From assembly GCA_015231405.1 (NCBI GenBank), contig JADGBR010000008.1:25216-89215 (forward strand): a stretch of 64,000 nucleotides of DNA, given 5' to 3'. This document shows, in pieces, positions 38,693-48,811 of this stretch. Every line of letters starts with the position of its first letter. Position 1 is the first letter of the stretch. This DNA comes from Candidatus Omnitrophota bacterium (GTDB taxonomy: Bacteria > Omnitrophota > Gorgyraeia > Tantalellales > Tantalellaceae). The notes beneath the pieces were generated by a model that worked only from the letters and a program-made list of their open reading frames with translations, made no database searches and had not been told where the DNA came from. Both the position numbers and the translations under genes were made by a program.

Positions 38693-39685
38693 ATGAAGCA
38701 TCTAACATATCTTGAACATGATGGTGCGGATGACAGGACGATCTATATCTCCTGCAGCAGCAGTAAGGAATTTGTCTTGCCGCTTACTGTAATGCTGGGA
38801 TCACTCTTCGCGCATGTTGACCGATCGTGGAAGGTGGTCGTTTATATTTTTGACGGCGGGATGCGGACTTCCGATCGCAACAGGATGTTGCGGTCTCTTA
38901 ATACAAAAAATGCAGACATTAAATTCCTAAAAATTAGAGATCACGCTCAATTGAAGGGCCTTGAAACCGAGGGACACTTTTCGATAGCATCAAGCTACCG
39001 TGTTATTGGGACCATGATGCTGCCGAAATCTATCACTAAAGTTATTCATCTTGACTCAGATGTTATTCTGAGTGAGGATATTTCAAAACTTTGGAGTGTC
39101 GATATCGGTGAGAACTATGTGCTCGCGGTACAAGAACAGGGAAAGGATCATCAGTATGTTTCATCTAAGGGTGGTATGGTTCATTACAGGCGTTTCGGCA
39201 TTGACCCGGGAACTAAATACTTTAACGCAGGAATAATGGTGATAAACCTCGAAAAATGGAGACAGGATAGCATCGCTGAAAGGACCATTGACTTTATGCG
39301 TGAAAATATTAAATATATCCAATGGTATGATCAGGACGCTCTTAACGTGGTTTTGGCGAATAAATGGGGGGAGTTGGATCATCGATGGAACCTTCTTACG
39401 CAGATATTCTCGAATTCCGGTTGGGAAGAAGGCCCCCTTGAGAGCGAAAAGAAATACAGAGAGTTAGTGGAGCATCCCTACATTATTCACTTCAATACCC
39501 CCGGTAAACCTTGGCATTTTGATGACGTGCATCCTTATAGGAACTTATTCATAGAGAACCTGAAAAAGACCCGGTGGTATTGGACGTGGAAACTGCAAAT
39601 GTGGAAAAGTTGTTTCGTAAAATATCTTCTACCCAGGGGATTCACTCGGTTCGTTAAGAAAATGTTATTATCGAAAAATTACTAA
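38693..39685 (+). CDS. Glycosyltransferase family 8
   Basis: HLDSD, YFNAGIMVINLEKWR, DQDALN, IIHFxxxxKPW. Confidence 0.9.
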   Translation: MKHLTYLEHDGADDRTIYISCSSSKEFVLPLTVMLGSLFAHVDRSWKVVVYIFDGGMRTSDRNRMLRSLNTKNADIKFLKIRDHAQLKGLETEGHFSIASSYRVIGTMMLPKSITKVIHLDSDVILSEDISKLWSVDIGENYVLAVQEQGKDHQYVSSKGGMVHYRRFGIDPGTKYFNAGIMVINLEKWRQDSIAERTIDFMRENIKYIQWYDQDALNVVLANKWGELDHRWNLLTQIFSNSGWEEGPLESEKKYRELVEHPYIIHFNTPGKPWHFDDVHPYRNLFIENLKKTRWYWTWKLQMWKSCFVKYLLPRGFTRFVKKMLLSKNY

Positions 39686-39713
39686 GTCTGACTGAAGTGC
39701 CGGAGGAAATGCT

Positions 39714-41039
39714 GTGAATAAGATGGGAAATGAGAAGAATATTAGAAAATTGATCCAAGAGAATGTTAGGCAGATCGCCAATATCAGGCAAGGGATAGGG
39801 AGATTCATCCCGGGGAAAACCCATATAACCTATGCCGGGCGAGTTTATGACGAAAAAGAATTAATGTCGTTAGTGGACGCCTCTTTGGATTTCTGGCTGA
39901 CTGCCGGTAGATACGCGCACGAATTTGAAACAAAATTCTCCAAATTTTTGGGAGTGAATTATTGCGTATTAACAAATTCCGGATCTTCGGCGAACTTATT
40001 AGCCGTCTCTGCCTTAACATCTCCGTTGTTGGGGAAGAGGAGGCTCAAGGCAGGAGATGAAGTCATTACTACAGCTTGCGGATTTCCTACCACATTGAAT
40101 CCGATCATCCAGAATAAACTTAAACCGGTTTTCCTTGATATTGACCCGAATACTTATAACATTCAGGTTGAAAAGATCGAGAAGGCTCTATCCCGAAGGA
40201 CCAAGGCGATCTTTATTGCCCATACATTGGGTATTCCCGCTGATGTAGAAGCGATCCTTAAGATAGTGAGAAAGCATAACCTGTGGTTCATCGAAGATAA
40301 TTGTGACGCTTTAGGTTCGAAATACGGAGAGCGCTTTACAGGGACTTTTGGGCATATCGCGACCCATAGTTTTTATCCAGCGCATCATATTACTATGGGG
40401 GAAGGTGGGGCTTTGCTTACCAACGATTCTTTGCTGAAGAGGATAATTGTCTCTTTCCGCGATTGGGGTCGTGATTGCTGGTGCGAATTGGGGCATGATA
40501 ATGCCTGCGGAAAAAGATTTTCCAGAAAATCGGGTCAATTGCCTTTTGGGTATGACCATAAATATGTGTATTCTCACATAGGCTACCATTTGAGCGTTAC
40601 TGATATGCAGGCGGCTATAGGCTGCGCGCAGCTGAAAAAGTTGCCTAAATTCATCGCCGCGAGAAAAGGAAACTTTATGTATTTATACGACCGCTTGACT
40701 AAATATAAAGATTATTTTGTTCTGCCGCGATTGTCGAAAAAAACTGATCCAAGTTGGTTTGGTTTTCCTGTTTTGGTAAGATCGGACGCGCCATTTACAC
40801 GTAATGAAGCAGTATGTTATTTGGAAAGTAAAAAGATAGCGACAAGGATGTTGTTTGGGGGGGATTTAACGAAACAGCCTGCTTACCGGGGAATTAAATA
40901 CAGGGTTGCCGCCAAATTGACTAATACGGATTTAGTGATGAAGAATTTATTTTGGATTGGTGTATACCCAGGCCTATCTAGGGAGATGTTGGATTATGTC
41001 TTGGAATGTTTTGATGGGATGTCGAAAGAATTAAAATGA
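39714..41039 (+). CDS. rfbH: CDP-4-keto-6-deoxyglucose 3-dehydratase (E1)
   Basis: NSGSSANL, EDNCDALGS, SFYPAHHITMGEGG (His in place of the PLP Lys), DWGRDCWC...CG, LPFGYDHKY. Confidence 0.92.
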   Translation: MNKMGNEKNIRKLIQENVRQIANIRQGIGRFIPGKTHITYAGRVYDEKELMSLVDASLDFWLTAGRYAHEFETKFSKFLGVNYCVLTNSGSSANLLAVSALTSPLLGKRRLKAGDEVITTACGFPTTLNPIIQNKLKPVFLDIDPNTYNIQVEKIEKALSRRTKAIFIAHTLGIPADVEAILKIVRKHNLWFIEDNCDALGSKYGERFTGTFGHIATHSFYPAHHITMGEGGALLTNDSLLKRIIVSFRDWGRDCWCELGHDNACGKRFSRKSGQLPFGYDHKYVYSHIGYHLSVTDMQAAIGCAQLKKLPKFIAARKGNFMYLYDRLTKYKDYFVLPRLSKKTDPSWFGFPVLVRSDAPFTRNEAVCYLESKKIATRMLFGGDLTKQPAYRGIKYRVAAKLTNTDLVMKNLFWIGVYPGLSREMLDYVLECFDGMSKELK

Positions 41040-41097
41040 CATATCTCATCGCTCGGTTCGGTTGGACCCCGGGTCAAACGGCTTACAGGAGAGTAAA

Positions 41098-41868
41098 ATG
41101 AAGGTTGTGATCTTAGCGGGGGGGCAGGGTACAAGGCTTCAGGAAGAAACCGTGGTTAAACCCAAACCAATGGTGGAGGTGGGCGAAAAACCTATTCTGT
41201 GGCATATAATGAAGATTTACGCTGCGTCTGGATTTAACGAATTTGTGGTTGCGCTCGGATATAAGGGGGAATGGATAAAAAAATACTTCCTTAATTACCA
41301 TCAGCTCGATCACGATTTCAGCATTCACACAAAGAACGGGCATATTGATATGCATGACGGTGATTATGAAGACTGGATAGTTCATCTTGTCGATACCGGC
41401 TATAAAACACAGACAGGTGGTCGGCTGAAAAGACTCAAGAAAATTATCGGCGGTGAAACGTTTATGATGACATATGGCGATGGAGTTGCGGATATTGATC
41501 TGAAAGAGTTATTGTCTTTTCACCGTCATAACGGCAAACTGGCAACAGTAACGGCGGTAAGGCCCGAAGCCAGGTTCGGCGAAGTGATATTTAATGGAAA
41601 TATTGTCGAACGATTTGTCGAAAAACCGCAGCTTGGCGAAGGCTGGATAAGCGGAGGTTTTTTCGTCCTTGAGCCGCAGGTATTGGATTACATTGACGGG
41701 GATGATACAATTTTTGAAAGGAAAAGCATGGAGCGACTTGTCTCGGATGGACAGCTTGCCGCTTTTCAGCATAACAATTTCTGGCATTCAATGGATACCA
41801 TGAGGGATGCGAAATTCCTTAATGATATTTGGGCGAAAAACGAGGCTCCATGGAAGGTGTGGAAATAG
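41098..41868 (+). CDS. rfbF: Glucose-1-phosphate cytidylyltransferase
   Basis: ILAGGQGTRLQEET..KPKPMVEVG, TGGRLKR, MTYGDG, MDTMRD, APWKVW; AGGAG RBS. Confidence 0.93.
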   Translation: MKVVILAGGQGTRLQEETVVKPKPMVEVGEKPILWHIMKIYAASGFNEFVVALGYKGEWIKKYFLNYHQLDHDFSIHTKNGHIDMHDGDYEDWIVHLVDTGYKTQTGGRLKRLKKIIGGETFMMTYGDGVADIDLKELLSFHRHNGKLATVTAVRPEARFGEVIFNGNIVERFVEKPQLGEGWISGGFFVLEPQVLDYIDGDDTIFERKSMERLVSDGQLAAFQHNNFWHSMDTMRDAKFLNDIWAKNEAPWKVWK

Positions 41869-41870
41869 AC

Positions 41871-42938
41871 ATGCGGCAACTGAACATATATAAAGGAAAA
41901 AAAGTTCTGGTAACGGGACACACCGGGTTTAAAGGGTCGTGGTTAAGTATCTGGCTTACCGGGCTGGGAGCTAATGTCACGGGATTTTCGCTCCAGGACT
42001 GGGAGAATGACTATCTTTTTAAAAAGGCGAGGCTTTCCGGACGCCTTAGCGATGAAAGGGGTGATATCAGTGACCTTAAAAGGCTTGGGGAAGTATTTGC
42101 ACTCCATAAGCCCGATATCGTGTTTCATCTCGCCGCGCAGCCGCTCGTCAGAGATTCTTACCGTGACCCAGTTAAAACATTTCTGACTAATACGATGGGT
42201 ACGGTTAATATCCTTGAATGTATTAGAAGCTCGGCCCATGCGGTTTCTGGGGTCATTATCACTACTGATAAATGTTACAAGAACAGGGAACAGAGCATTG
42301 GCTATAAAGAGACGGATGTGCTTGGGGGGCACGACCCTTACAGTGCCAGCAAAGCGGCCGCTGAACTTGTGATCGACTCATACAGAAATTCGTTTTTCGC
42401 TGATTCCGGAAAACTTGTGGCTTCTGCGCGTGCTGGCAATAATCTGGGTGGAGGCGATAATTCGAAGGACAGGATAATGCCGGATTGTATATATGCGTTG
42501 AAGGAAGGTCGGGCCATAGCGGTTAGGAATCCTGATTCGACGAGGCCATGGCAGCATGTTCTAGAACCTCTTTATGGATATATGTTGTTGGGATACGGTC
42601 TCTTATGCGGAAAAGCAATATTCGCTGATTCATGGAACTTTGGTCCGGAGAAAGGTTCTATTGTGCCCGTTTCGAACATTACAGATCTGGTGGTCAAATA
42701 CTGGGGAAGCGGACGGTGGATAGATTCGCATGACCCGGATAGTCCCCACGAGGCGAAGCTTCTCAGCCTCGATATTTCTAAAGCGGAAACGATATTGGGA
42801 TGGAAGCCGAAATGGAATATAGAAAAGACCGTAAAAATGACGGTAGATTGGTACAGGAACGTCGATAAGTGTGATGCATACCGGTTGTGTATGGACCAGA
42901 TCGAGGAATATGTTGATGCGGGAAAAGAAAACGATTAG
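41871..42938 (+). CDS. rfbG: CDP-glucose 4,6-dehydratase
   Basis: VTGHTGFKGSWL, HLAAQPLVR, TTDKCY, DPYSASK, RPWQHVLEPL, WNFGP. Confidence 0.95.
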   Translation: MRQLNIYKGKKVLVTGHTGFKGSWLSIWLTGLGANVTGFSLQDWENDYLFKKARLSGRLSDERGDISDLKRLGEVFALHKPDIVFHLAAQPLVRDSYRDPVKTFLTNTMGTVNILECIRSSAHAVSGVIITTDKCYKNREQSIGYKETDVLGGHDPYSASKAAAELVIDSYRNSFFADSGKLVASARAGNNLGGGDNSKDRIMPDCIYALKEGRAIAVRNPDSTRPWQHVLEPLYGYMLLGYGLLCGKAIFADSWNFGPEKGSIVPVSNITDLVVKYWGSGRWIDSHDPDSPHEAKLLSLDISKAETILGWKPKWNIEKTVKMTVDWYRNVDKCDAYRLCMDQIEEYVDAGKEND

Positions 42939-43821
42939 GTCCCGGATCGGGAGGGTGTTGATAATCGGGGCTGCCGGCCTTATTGGAAGTGCCTTGCACA
43001 AGGTGTTTCTAAAAGAGGGTTATAATGTTTTAGGCGTTGACCGCGATCCGTTAATTGAAAATATTGCACTCGTTGACATTAACGATATTCGTTCTCTTGC
43101 ATTTCCTATTTCGCAATTTCAGCCGAATACAGTTATTTTAACAGCGGCCTTGACTTCGGCTGATTATTGCGAAATACATCCTGATGAATCTGAGAAAGTT
43201 AATATCGGCGGTTTAATGAACGTGATCGACAGTTTGCGCGGTTTTTCTGTAAAATTTGTATTTATCTCAAGCGACTATGTTTTTAATGGCATCTCTGGAC
43301 CGTATTCGGAGGATGATCCCACGGATCCATTGTCAGTTTACGGAAAGCATAAACTGGCAGGGGAACGTATCGTTAAGTCAGAGATGCGGGATCATTTGAT
43401 AGTGCGCACTACCTGGGTATATGGCACCGAGATAAAAGGGAAAAACTTCGTCTGTAATTTGATTCGCAGGGTCGGACAAGGCGAATTTGTAAAAGTTCCG
43501 ACCGACCAGGTCAGCACTCCGACTTACGCGTATAATCTGGCTCAGGCAATTGAAGAATTAGTTCATACGAATAAGGCCGGAACATATAACATCGTCGGTG
43601 ACGAACGTATGGGCAGATTCGATTTTGCGAATTCCGTATGCGAAGAGTTTGGGCTTAATAGGAATGCTATTCTTCCTGTCTTGACCGAGGAATTTAATTC
43701 AGCGGCTCCACGTCCGTTGTTGGCCGGCCTTATAATCGATAAACTCAAAAATAATTGTTCTGTCAAAATGTTGGGAGTAAAGGAAGGGTTAGCGGAGTTC
43801 AATCTGGAAAGATCATTATAA
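42910..43821 (+). CDS. RmlD-family NDP-4-keto-sugar reductase (SDR)
   Basis: GAAGLIG, SSDYVFNG, YGKHK, RTTWVYG, DQVSTPT, APRP. Confidence 0.85.
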   Translation: MLMREKKTIRSRIGRVLIIGAAGLIGSALHKVFLKEGYNVLGVDRDPLIENIALVDINDIRSLAFPISQFQPNTVILTAALTSADYCEIHPDESEKVNIGGLMNVIDSLRGFSVKFVFISSDYVFNGISGPYSEDDPTDPLSVYGKHKLAGERIVKSEMRDHLIVRTTWVYGTEIKGKNFVCNLIRRVGQGEFVKVPTDQVSTPTYAYNLAQAIEELVHTNKAGTYNIVGDERMGRFDFANSVCEEFGLNRNAILPVLTEEFNSAAPRPLLAGLIIDKLKNNCSVKMLGVKEGLAEFNLERSL

Positions 43822-43836
43822 AATCGTTGGCCGGGT

Positions 43837-44454
43837 TTATTTAGTATCTTTGAATGCTACAAGCTGAATTCCTAGGCTGGGAATAAGCCTTGGGATAGAA
43901 CCAAGAAGAGATCGGCCTGGTAATCGGTCCAGGACACGTGCAATAATACTACTAGGGTTTCCGAGATCTACTCCAATTAGCTTATACCCTCTTTGTTTGA
44001 AAAAGCGTCTTGAGATATAACTGCGATGAGCTTCGTATTGGTTAAATCCGGATGGTGTGGTAAGCCCTTCTCGGGAAAAAGGGTAGTTAGGAGTAGAAAA
44101 TATAATTCGTTCCTTTGCACGACTCTCAAGTAAATCAACAACCTCATTCACGTTTTTTTGTTCCAAATGTTCCAGGAATTCGATGGCTAAAACAGTATCC
44201 CAGGAGCCATTAAGATCCGAGGGTAGTATTTGTTGCCACGTTCTTCTGTACCAACCTGATCTGGCGCAAATCTCGACATTAGGCGTAAATGCGTCCAAAC
44301 CATCGACAGACGGCGATTTTGTCAAACCAGCTTCCCAGGAATTTGTACTGATAAGATGGCCCCAAAGGCCATATCCACAAGCCACATCAAGAACACTTTC
44401 ACCTTTAATAAGTTTTATCACTACTGGCGGGAGTGAACAGGGACATGAACCCAT
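43837..44454 (-). CDS. Class I SAM-dependent methyltransferase
   Basis: VLDVACGYG (motif I), EFLEHL, STPN; AAGGAG RBS. Confidence 0.85.
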   Translation of the reverse strand: MGSCPCSLPPVVIKLIKGESVLDVACGYGLWGHLISTNSWEAGLTKSPSVDGLDAFTPNVEICARSGWYRRTWQQILPSDLNGSWDTVLAIEFLEHLEQKNVNEVVDLLESRAKERIIFSTPNYPFSREGLTTPSGFNQYEAHRSYISRRFFKQRGYKLIGVDLGNPSSIIARVLDRLPGRSLLGSIPRLIPSLGIQLVAFKDTK

Positions 44455-44712
44455 ACCAATGCTCCTTTGTTATATTGTGGTTTTAGAATATTCATACAAT
44501 CAACTATAATGAAAAGCGGATCAAAATCAAGAAAATGAAATTTGATAGATCGCAGCGAGGGTTTAAGATTTTACACTGGAAATATTTTACTTTCCAACTT
44601 TATAATGTAAACTTTTGTGGGGACCTAATTAGTGAGTGCGTGCCTATGTGGTTAATGCCCGGGTAATAATGGCGGAAGCAGACTGAGTAAGAACGTCCTA
44701 TAGGATAAAATT

Positions 44713-45819
44713 ATGAAGTATGATTATTTGGTCGTTGGCGCGGGTTTGTTTGGATCAGTTTTTGCTCATGAGGCAAAAAGTAAAGGTAAGAAAGTAATTG
44801 TTTTGGAGCGACGGGGCCATATCGGAGGGAATTGTTACTCATATGATTTTGAGAACACCGGAATAAATATTCCAAAATATGGGGCGCATATATTTCATAC
44901 TACAAGCAAAGAAATATGGGACTATTTCGGTAAATATGCGCAATTCAATCGGTATCAACATCGTGTGCTCACAACTTACAAAGACAAGGTGTATTCAATG
45001 CCCATTAATCTTTCAACGATCAATAACTTTTACGGTGTAAATCTGAGGCCATTTGAAGTCGATGAATTTATGAGATCGACGAGATATATCGATCGTGAAC
45101 CGGATAATTTTGAGGATAAGGCGGTAAGTTTGATAGGGAAAGAACTTTACGAAGCTTTTATTAAAGGGTATACAGTAAAACAATGGGACTGTATGCCGAA
45201 GGACCTCCCTAAGGATATTATGGGCAGATTGCCCGTGCGTAATTCTTTTTTTGATTCATATTACAACGATAACTATCAAGGGATGCCGATAGGTGGTTAT
45301 ACCCCAATATTCTCACAACTATTGGAGGGTGTGGAAGTTATATTAAATACAGATTTCTTCGCTAAGAGAGCGTATTGGGAGTCAATAAGTGACAATATTG
45401 TTTTCACTGGTCCAGTTGATAGATTTTATGATTACAAATGTGGGAAATTGCGATGGAGATCGCTGAAGTTCGAGATCGAAAGATTAAATCTCGCAGATTA
45501 TCAGGGGACAAGTGTTATGAATTACCCGGAAATAGAGATACCTTACACGAGGATAATTGAGCCCAAACACTTCTATCGAGAGAGACAAATTGTAGACGAT
45601 TGTACGGTTATCATTCGTGAACTTCCGATCTCAAATGACGATGAGCCATACTATCCAGTAAATTTAGACGATGATCGCTGTAAGTACAGTGAATATGCAA
45701 AAATGCAAAAAAAAGAAACAAATGTTATTTTTGGCGGCAGATTGGCGGAATACAAATATTATGACATGGATCAGGTAGTTAGCGCAGCTTTGAACCGATC
45801 CAGGGAATCCTTGCGTTAG
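44713..45819 (+). CDS. glf: UDP-galactopyranose mutase
   Basis: VVGAGLFG, HIGGNCY, YGAHIFHT, GYTVKQW, EPYYP, GGRLAEYKYYDMDQ. Confidence 0.95.
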   Translation: MKYDYLVVGAGLFGSVFAHEAKSKGKKVIVLERRGHIGGNCYSYDFENTGINIPKYGAHIFHTTSKEIWDYFGKYAQFNRYQHRVLTTYKDKVYSMPINLSTINNFYGVNLRPFEVDEFMRSTRYIDREPDNFEDKAVSLIGKELYEAFIKGYTVKQWDCMPKDLPKDIMGRLPVRNSFFDSYYNDNYQGMPIGGYTPIFSQLLEGVEVILNTDFFAKRAYWESISDNIVFTGPVDRFYDYKCGKLRWRSLKFEIERLNLADYQGTSVMNYPEIEIPYTRIIEPKHFYRERQIVDDCTVIIRELPISNDDEPYYPVNLDDDRCKYSEYAKMQKKETNVIFGGRLAEYKYYDMDQVVSAALNRSRESLR

Positions 45820-45841
45820 TGCGCAAGAAAGGTGCGAGCTA

Positions 45842-46741
45842 ATGAAGACCTTACTGATATACCAAATATTTCATGACGAAAAATCATTCAAGAATACAGT
45901 CCAAACGGAATACGTAAGGCCTTTATTAATTAATAGGGACATAAGGATGTCCGATCCCAGTGTCGAAGTATTAGCTGAGATTCCATATCTGACAAATCAG
46001 TTGGCTGAGGCTAGGGCCTTTTATCACGCGATAGTTAATCCAAACCCACCTGATTATATCGGATTTACCACGCATCAACACAATACAAAATTTACGTTAA
46101 AATGGTTACTGTCGGGATTTCAGTACCACCTTATGTATTTCCCGAATGATTGTATTAAAATAGACGATGTTGATCCTGCCATTGTTGAAAAGGCTTTTAT
46201 GGATCAGTCGGTAAAGGTCATTTCATTCTTCCCGGAACAAAACTATTTGAGACAGGCTGAGTACGCTCACCCCGGGATGACAAAGTTCTTGTTAGATGCG
46301 CTACAGCATCTGGGACTTTTAAATTCATTAAAATGGTGTGAAATTGATAAGATCCAATATGTTAAGTTTGTTCCTATTTGCAATAGTTTTATAATGCCCT
46401 GGAATGAATTTAAATCCTTATTCTCATTTCTTGACGCATTTATTCGATATATCAACAGTGAGTATAGTCTTGAGTATGGTAAATTACAAATAATCCCACA
46501 GACGCCTCGTCATTATGGGCGAGAATGGGGTTTGTTTGTTGAGCGACTGCTGGGGTTGTATTTTATTACCCGTTATGGGTATGATTTCAAGGTCGCTTTC
46601 CTGGATAATAATAAAATGATCCACAGGTTGGGAGGATACAGATACCCTGGGCTCTTTCGCAAGTATTTGATCGGTGTATCTTCCTGCTACCAACTTTATA
46701 AACATTTAAGAGCCTTGTTCTGTAAATACCAGTTGGATTGA
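45842..46741 (+). CDS. Hypothetical glycosyltransferase-like protein (DUF4422-like)
   Basis: LAE...DYIGF, CNSFIM, GLFVERL pattern; immediately follows glf. Confidence 0.5.
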   Translation: MKTLLIYQIFHDEKSFKNTVQTEYVRPLLINRDIRMSDPSVEVLAEIPYLTNQLAEARAFYHAIVNPNPPDYIGFTTHQHNTKFTLKWLLSGFQYHLMYFPNDCIKIDDVDPAIVEKAFMDQSVKVISFFPEQNYLRQAEYAHPGMTKFLLDALQHLGLLNSLKWCEIDKIQYVKFVPICNSFIMPWNEFKSLFSFLDAFIRYINSEYSLEYGKLQIIPQTPRHYGREWGLFVERLLGLYFITRYGYDFKVAFLDNNKMIHRLGGYRYPGLFRKYLIGVSSCYQLYKHLRALFCKYQLD

Positions 46742-46780
46742 ATTATATTCACTTTCCACAAAGTGATCAGGGGGGGTCGA

Positions 46781-47749
46781 ATGGGTTTTTCATATTTTTA
46801 TCGTGAAAGCGGTATTTCCTCTGATATTCTTGTTGTTCAAGCTGACAACCGTGAGATAGAAATAGCTAAATTCGGAAGATCGGCGGAAATAATAATGGGT
46901 TTATACCCGAGTTTCCCAATGGATGCGTATAACGCGTCTTATTCGAATGCCTACGACTTTGTAGCTCTTACCTTTCTCGTTAATATATTAAAAACGCGTC
47001 AACTTAAATGGCAATACGAGAGAATAAAATTACTTCCGGATTATTACGCGGGTAAGCACCCTTGCTGGGGAAAAATAGTGTTGTTGGAAAAATTGTTAAA
47101 TTGTCCCGAATACAAGAAACACAAAATTGTTATCTTTGTTGATTCGGATTCATGGATCCGTGACCAAAATAAGTTAAAATCTCTTACGGATTATTTGCTA
47201 AGCAATACAGATATTAATGGAATATTCTCACGAGATACTTATGTTCCAACGAATACATATGTTAATTCAGGTGCATTTATTTTAAAAAATAACGATTATG
47301 TACGCGATTTATATTCAGAAATGGTCTCTAAGCTTGATTCATATAGTAACTGGTTTAATAAGCTTTTTTATGACCAAGTACTTGTTAGTGATACTGTTTT
47401 TAAAAATAAATCAAGATTCTTGATTTGCAAACCGAATATATTAAATAGCCCAGCGGGTGATATAATCAGGCATAATTGGTTGAAACAACATAAGTCGCTA
47501 ATGGAAAGTCTGAAAGACGAGATCATAGTATCGCAGTTTAACGAAATATTCGATAACGCTATTATTGAGGAGCTGGATATAGAAAAAATAGTTGATCGGG
47601 AGCCTCTTTATGTGGGTAACTGGAGAGAAATAGAACCTTTAACAAAAAAAATTCGGCGGGTATTCTTTACCGAAGTTCATCGAATTATCGAAAAAATCGA
47701 AAGAAATACAAGGAAATATGCAACAATGCTTGATTCCAAGCGTAAATAA
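46781..47749 (+). CDS. GT-A fold glycosyltransferase (GT34/GT77-like)
   Basis: HPCWGK, FVDSD, NSGAFILKN, YDQ, IRH. Confidence 0.6.
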   Translation: MGFSYFYRESGISSDILVVQADNREIEIAKFGRSAEIIMGLYPSFPMDAYNASYSNAYDFVALTFLVNILKTRQLKWQYERIKLLPDYYAGKHPCWGKIVLLEKLLNCPEYKKHKIVIFVDSDSWIRDQNKLKSLTDYLLSNTDINGIFSRDTYVPTNTYVNSGAFILKNNDYVRDLYSEMVSKLDSYSNWFNKLFYDQVLVSDTVFKNKSRFLICKPNILNSPAGDIIRHNWLKQHKSLMESLKDEIIVSQFNEIFDNAIIEELDIEKIVDREPLYVGNWREIEPLTKKIRRVFFTEVHRIIEKIERNTRKYATMLDSKRK

Positions 47750-48788
47750 GATGATTGGGATGTTCCGACAGGTTATCAAGGAGATCGGTAAAAACCTTCG
47801 GATGCCATTTGACGACCCTTTGGTAAATATCTCTGATTGTGAGATCCTTGCTGGCCCAGGACTATTGGGGTTAAAAGGGGGGCTCTTTAATCCCGGCGCT
47901 GTGGTGAGCGGGGATGAGATCATCCTTATAGCGAAGGGTTTAGATATATCACCCGTGGATGCGTTTAATGATCCTGCCTGTTTTAAGGATTATATGAAGG
48001 GGCCTGTCGTTATTCTTCGGTACGATCTTGATATGGCCATCAAGAAAATAGCGATATTGTCCGCAGGAACCTATGGGGAAGACAAGATCGAGGATTTTCG
48101 TGTTTTTAATTATCGCGGCAATATATTGTCAAATCATGTTACAGCAAATCCTTCTTTAGAAGGCAAGAACCCTGTCTACGGTCGATGTCGTCAAAGTATT
48201 TCACGAGTGGACGTTAAAGAAAACAAATTCATCGGAATTGGAAACCCGAGAATTGATAGGCCTGTAAATATGATTGAAAAGAACTGGTGTTATTTTGAGC
48301 ATAATGAGGAATTATTTTTATTGTACTCATTAGATCCATATTTGCTTTTTAAACTTGCGGACTGGGAAACACTAGAATTTAAAGTTTTCGTCGACAAAGC
48401 GATAAGTATCAGAGAGAAAGTAAATAACTATCTCCAAGTTGGCAAAAAAATAATTCTTTCTTTAAGTACAAATCCTATTTCATATGATGAACACCATTAT
48501 TTAATGATGGTGCATAAGGCCTATAGGCTGTGGCCTTTTTGCCGTCTGTACGTTCAATGGGCGATGCTCATAGACAAAAAGTCGCTTTTGCCTGTCAAAG
48601 TGTCGAGAAAACCTGTTTTTACCGGTAAATACGCCCGAGGTTCTGTAAGTGGGGTTATCTACACTACCTCAGTGCTTTGTTTGAAAAATGACGTTCTAAT
48701 CTTTAATGGCGAAGGAGATTCATATCTGTCCTATGCCAGATTAAGCAGAGCGAAATTAAATAGATATTTTGTTGATATCAGTGCATAG
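47718..48788 (+). CDS. Five-bladed beta-propeller, GH130/GT91/GT108-like protein
   Basis: FNPGAV, IEDFRVF, EKNW, LLYSLDP, GEGDS pattern. Confidence 0.55.
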   Translation: MQQCLIPSVNKMIGMFRQVIKEIGKNLRMPFDDPLVNISDCEILAGPGLLGLKGGLFNPGAVVSGDEIILIAKGLDISPVDAFNDPACFKDYMKGPVVILRYDLDMAIKKIAILSAGTYGEDKIEDFRVFNYRGNILSNHVTANPSLEGKNPVYGRCRQSISRVDVKENKFIGIGNPRIDRPVNMIEKNWCYFEHNEELFLLYSLDPYLLFKLADWETLEFKVFVDKAISIREKVNNYLQVGKKIILSLSTNPISYDEHHYLMMVHKAYRLWPFCRLYVQWAMLIDKKSLLPVKVSRKPVFTGKYARGSVSGVIYTTSVLCLKNDVLIFNGEGDSYLSYARLSRAKLNRYFVDISA

Positions 48789-48811
48789 AATAGTAATAGG
48801 TAGAGCTCTTT

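Noticed and set aside
44630-44690. ops/JUMPStart-like GGCGGAAGC upstream of glf
   Set aside because: Only a partial match to GGCGGTAG, without the rest of the consensus; no NusG/RfaH paralogue in the window.
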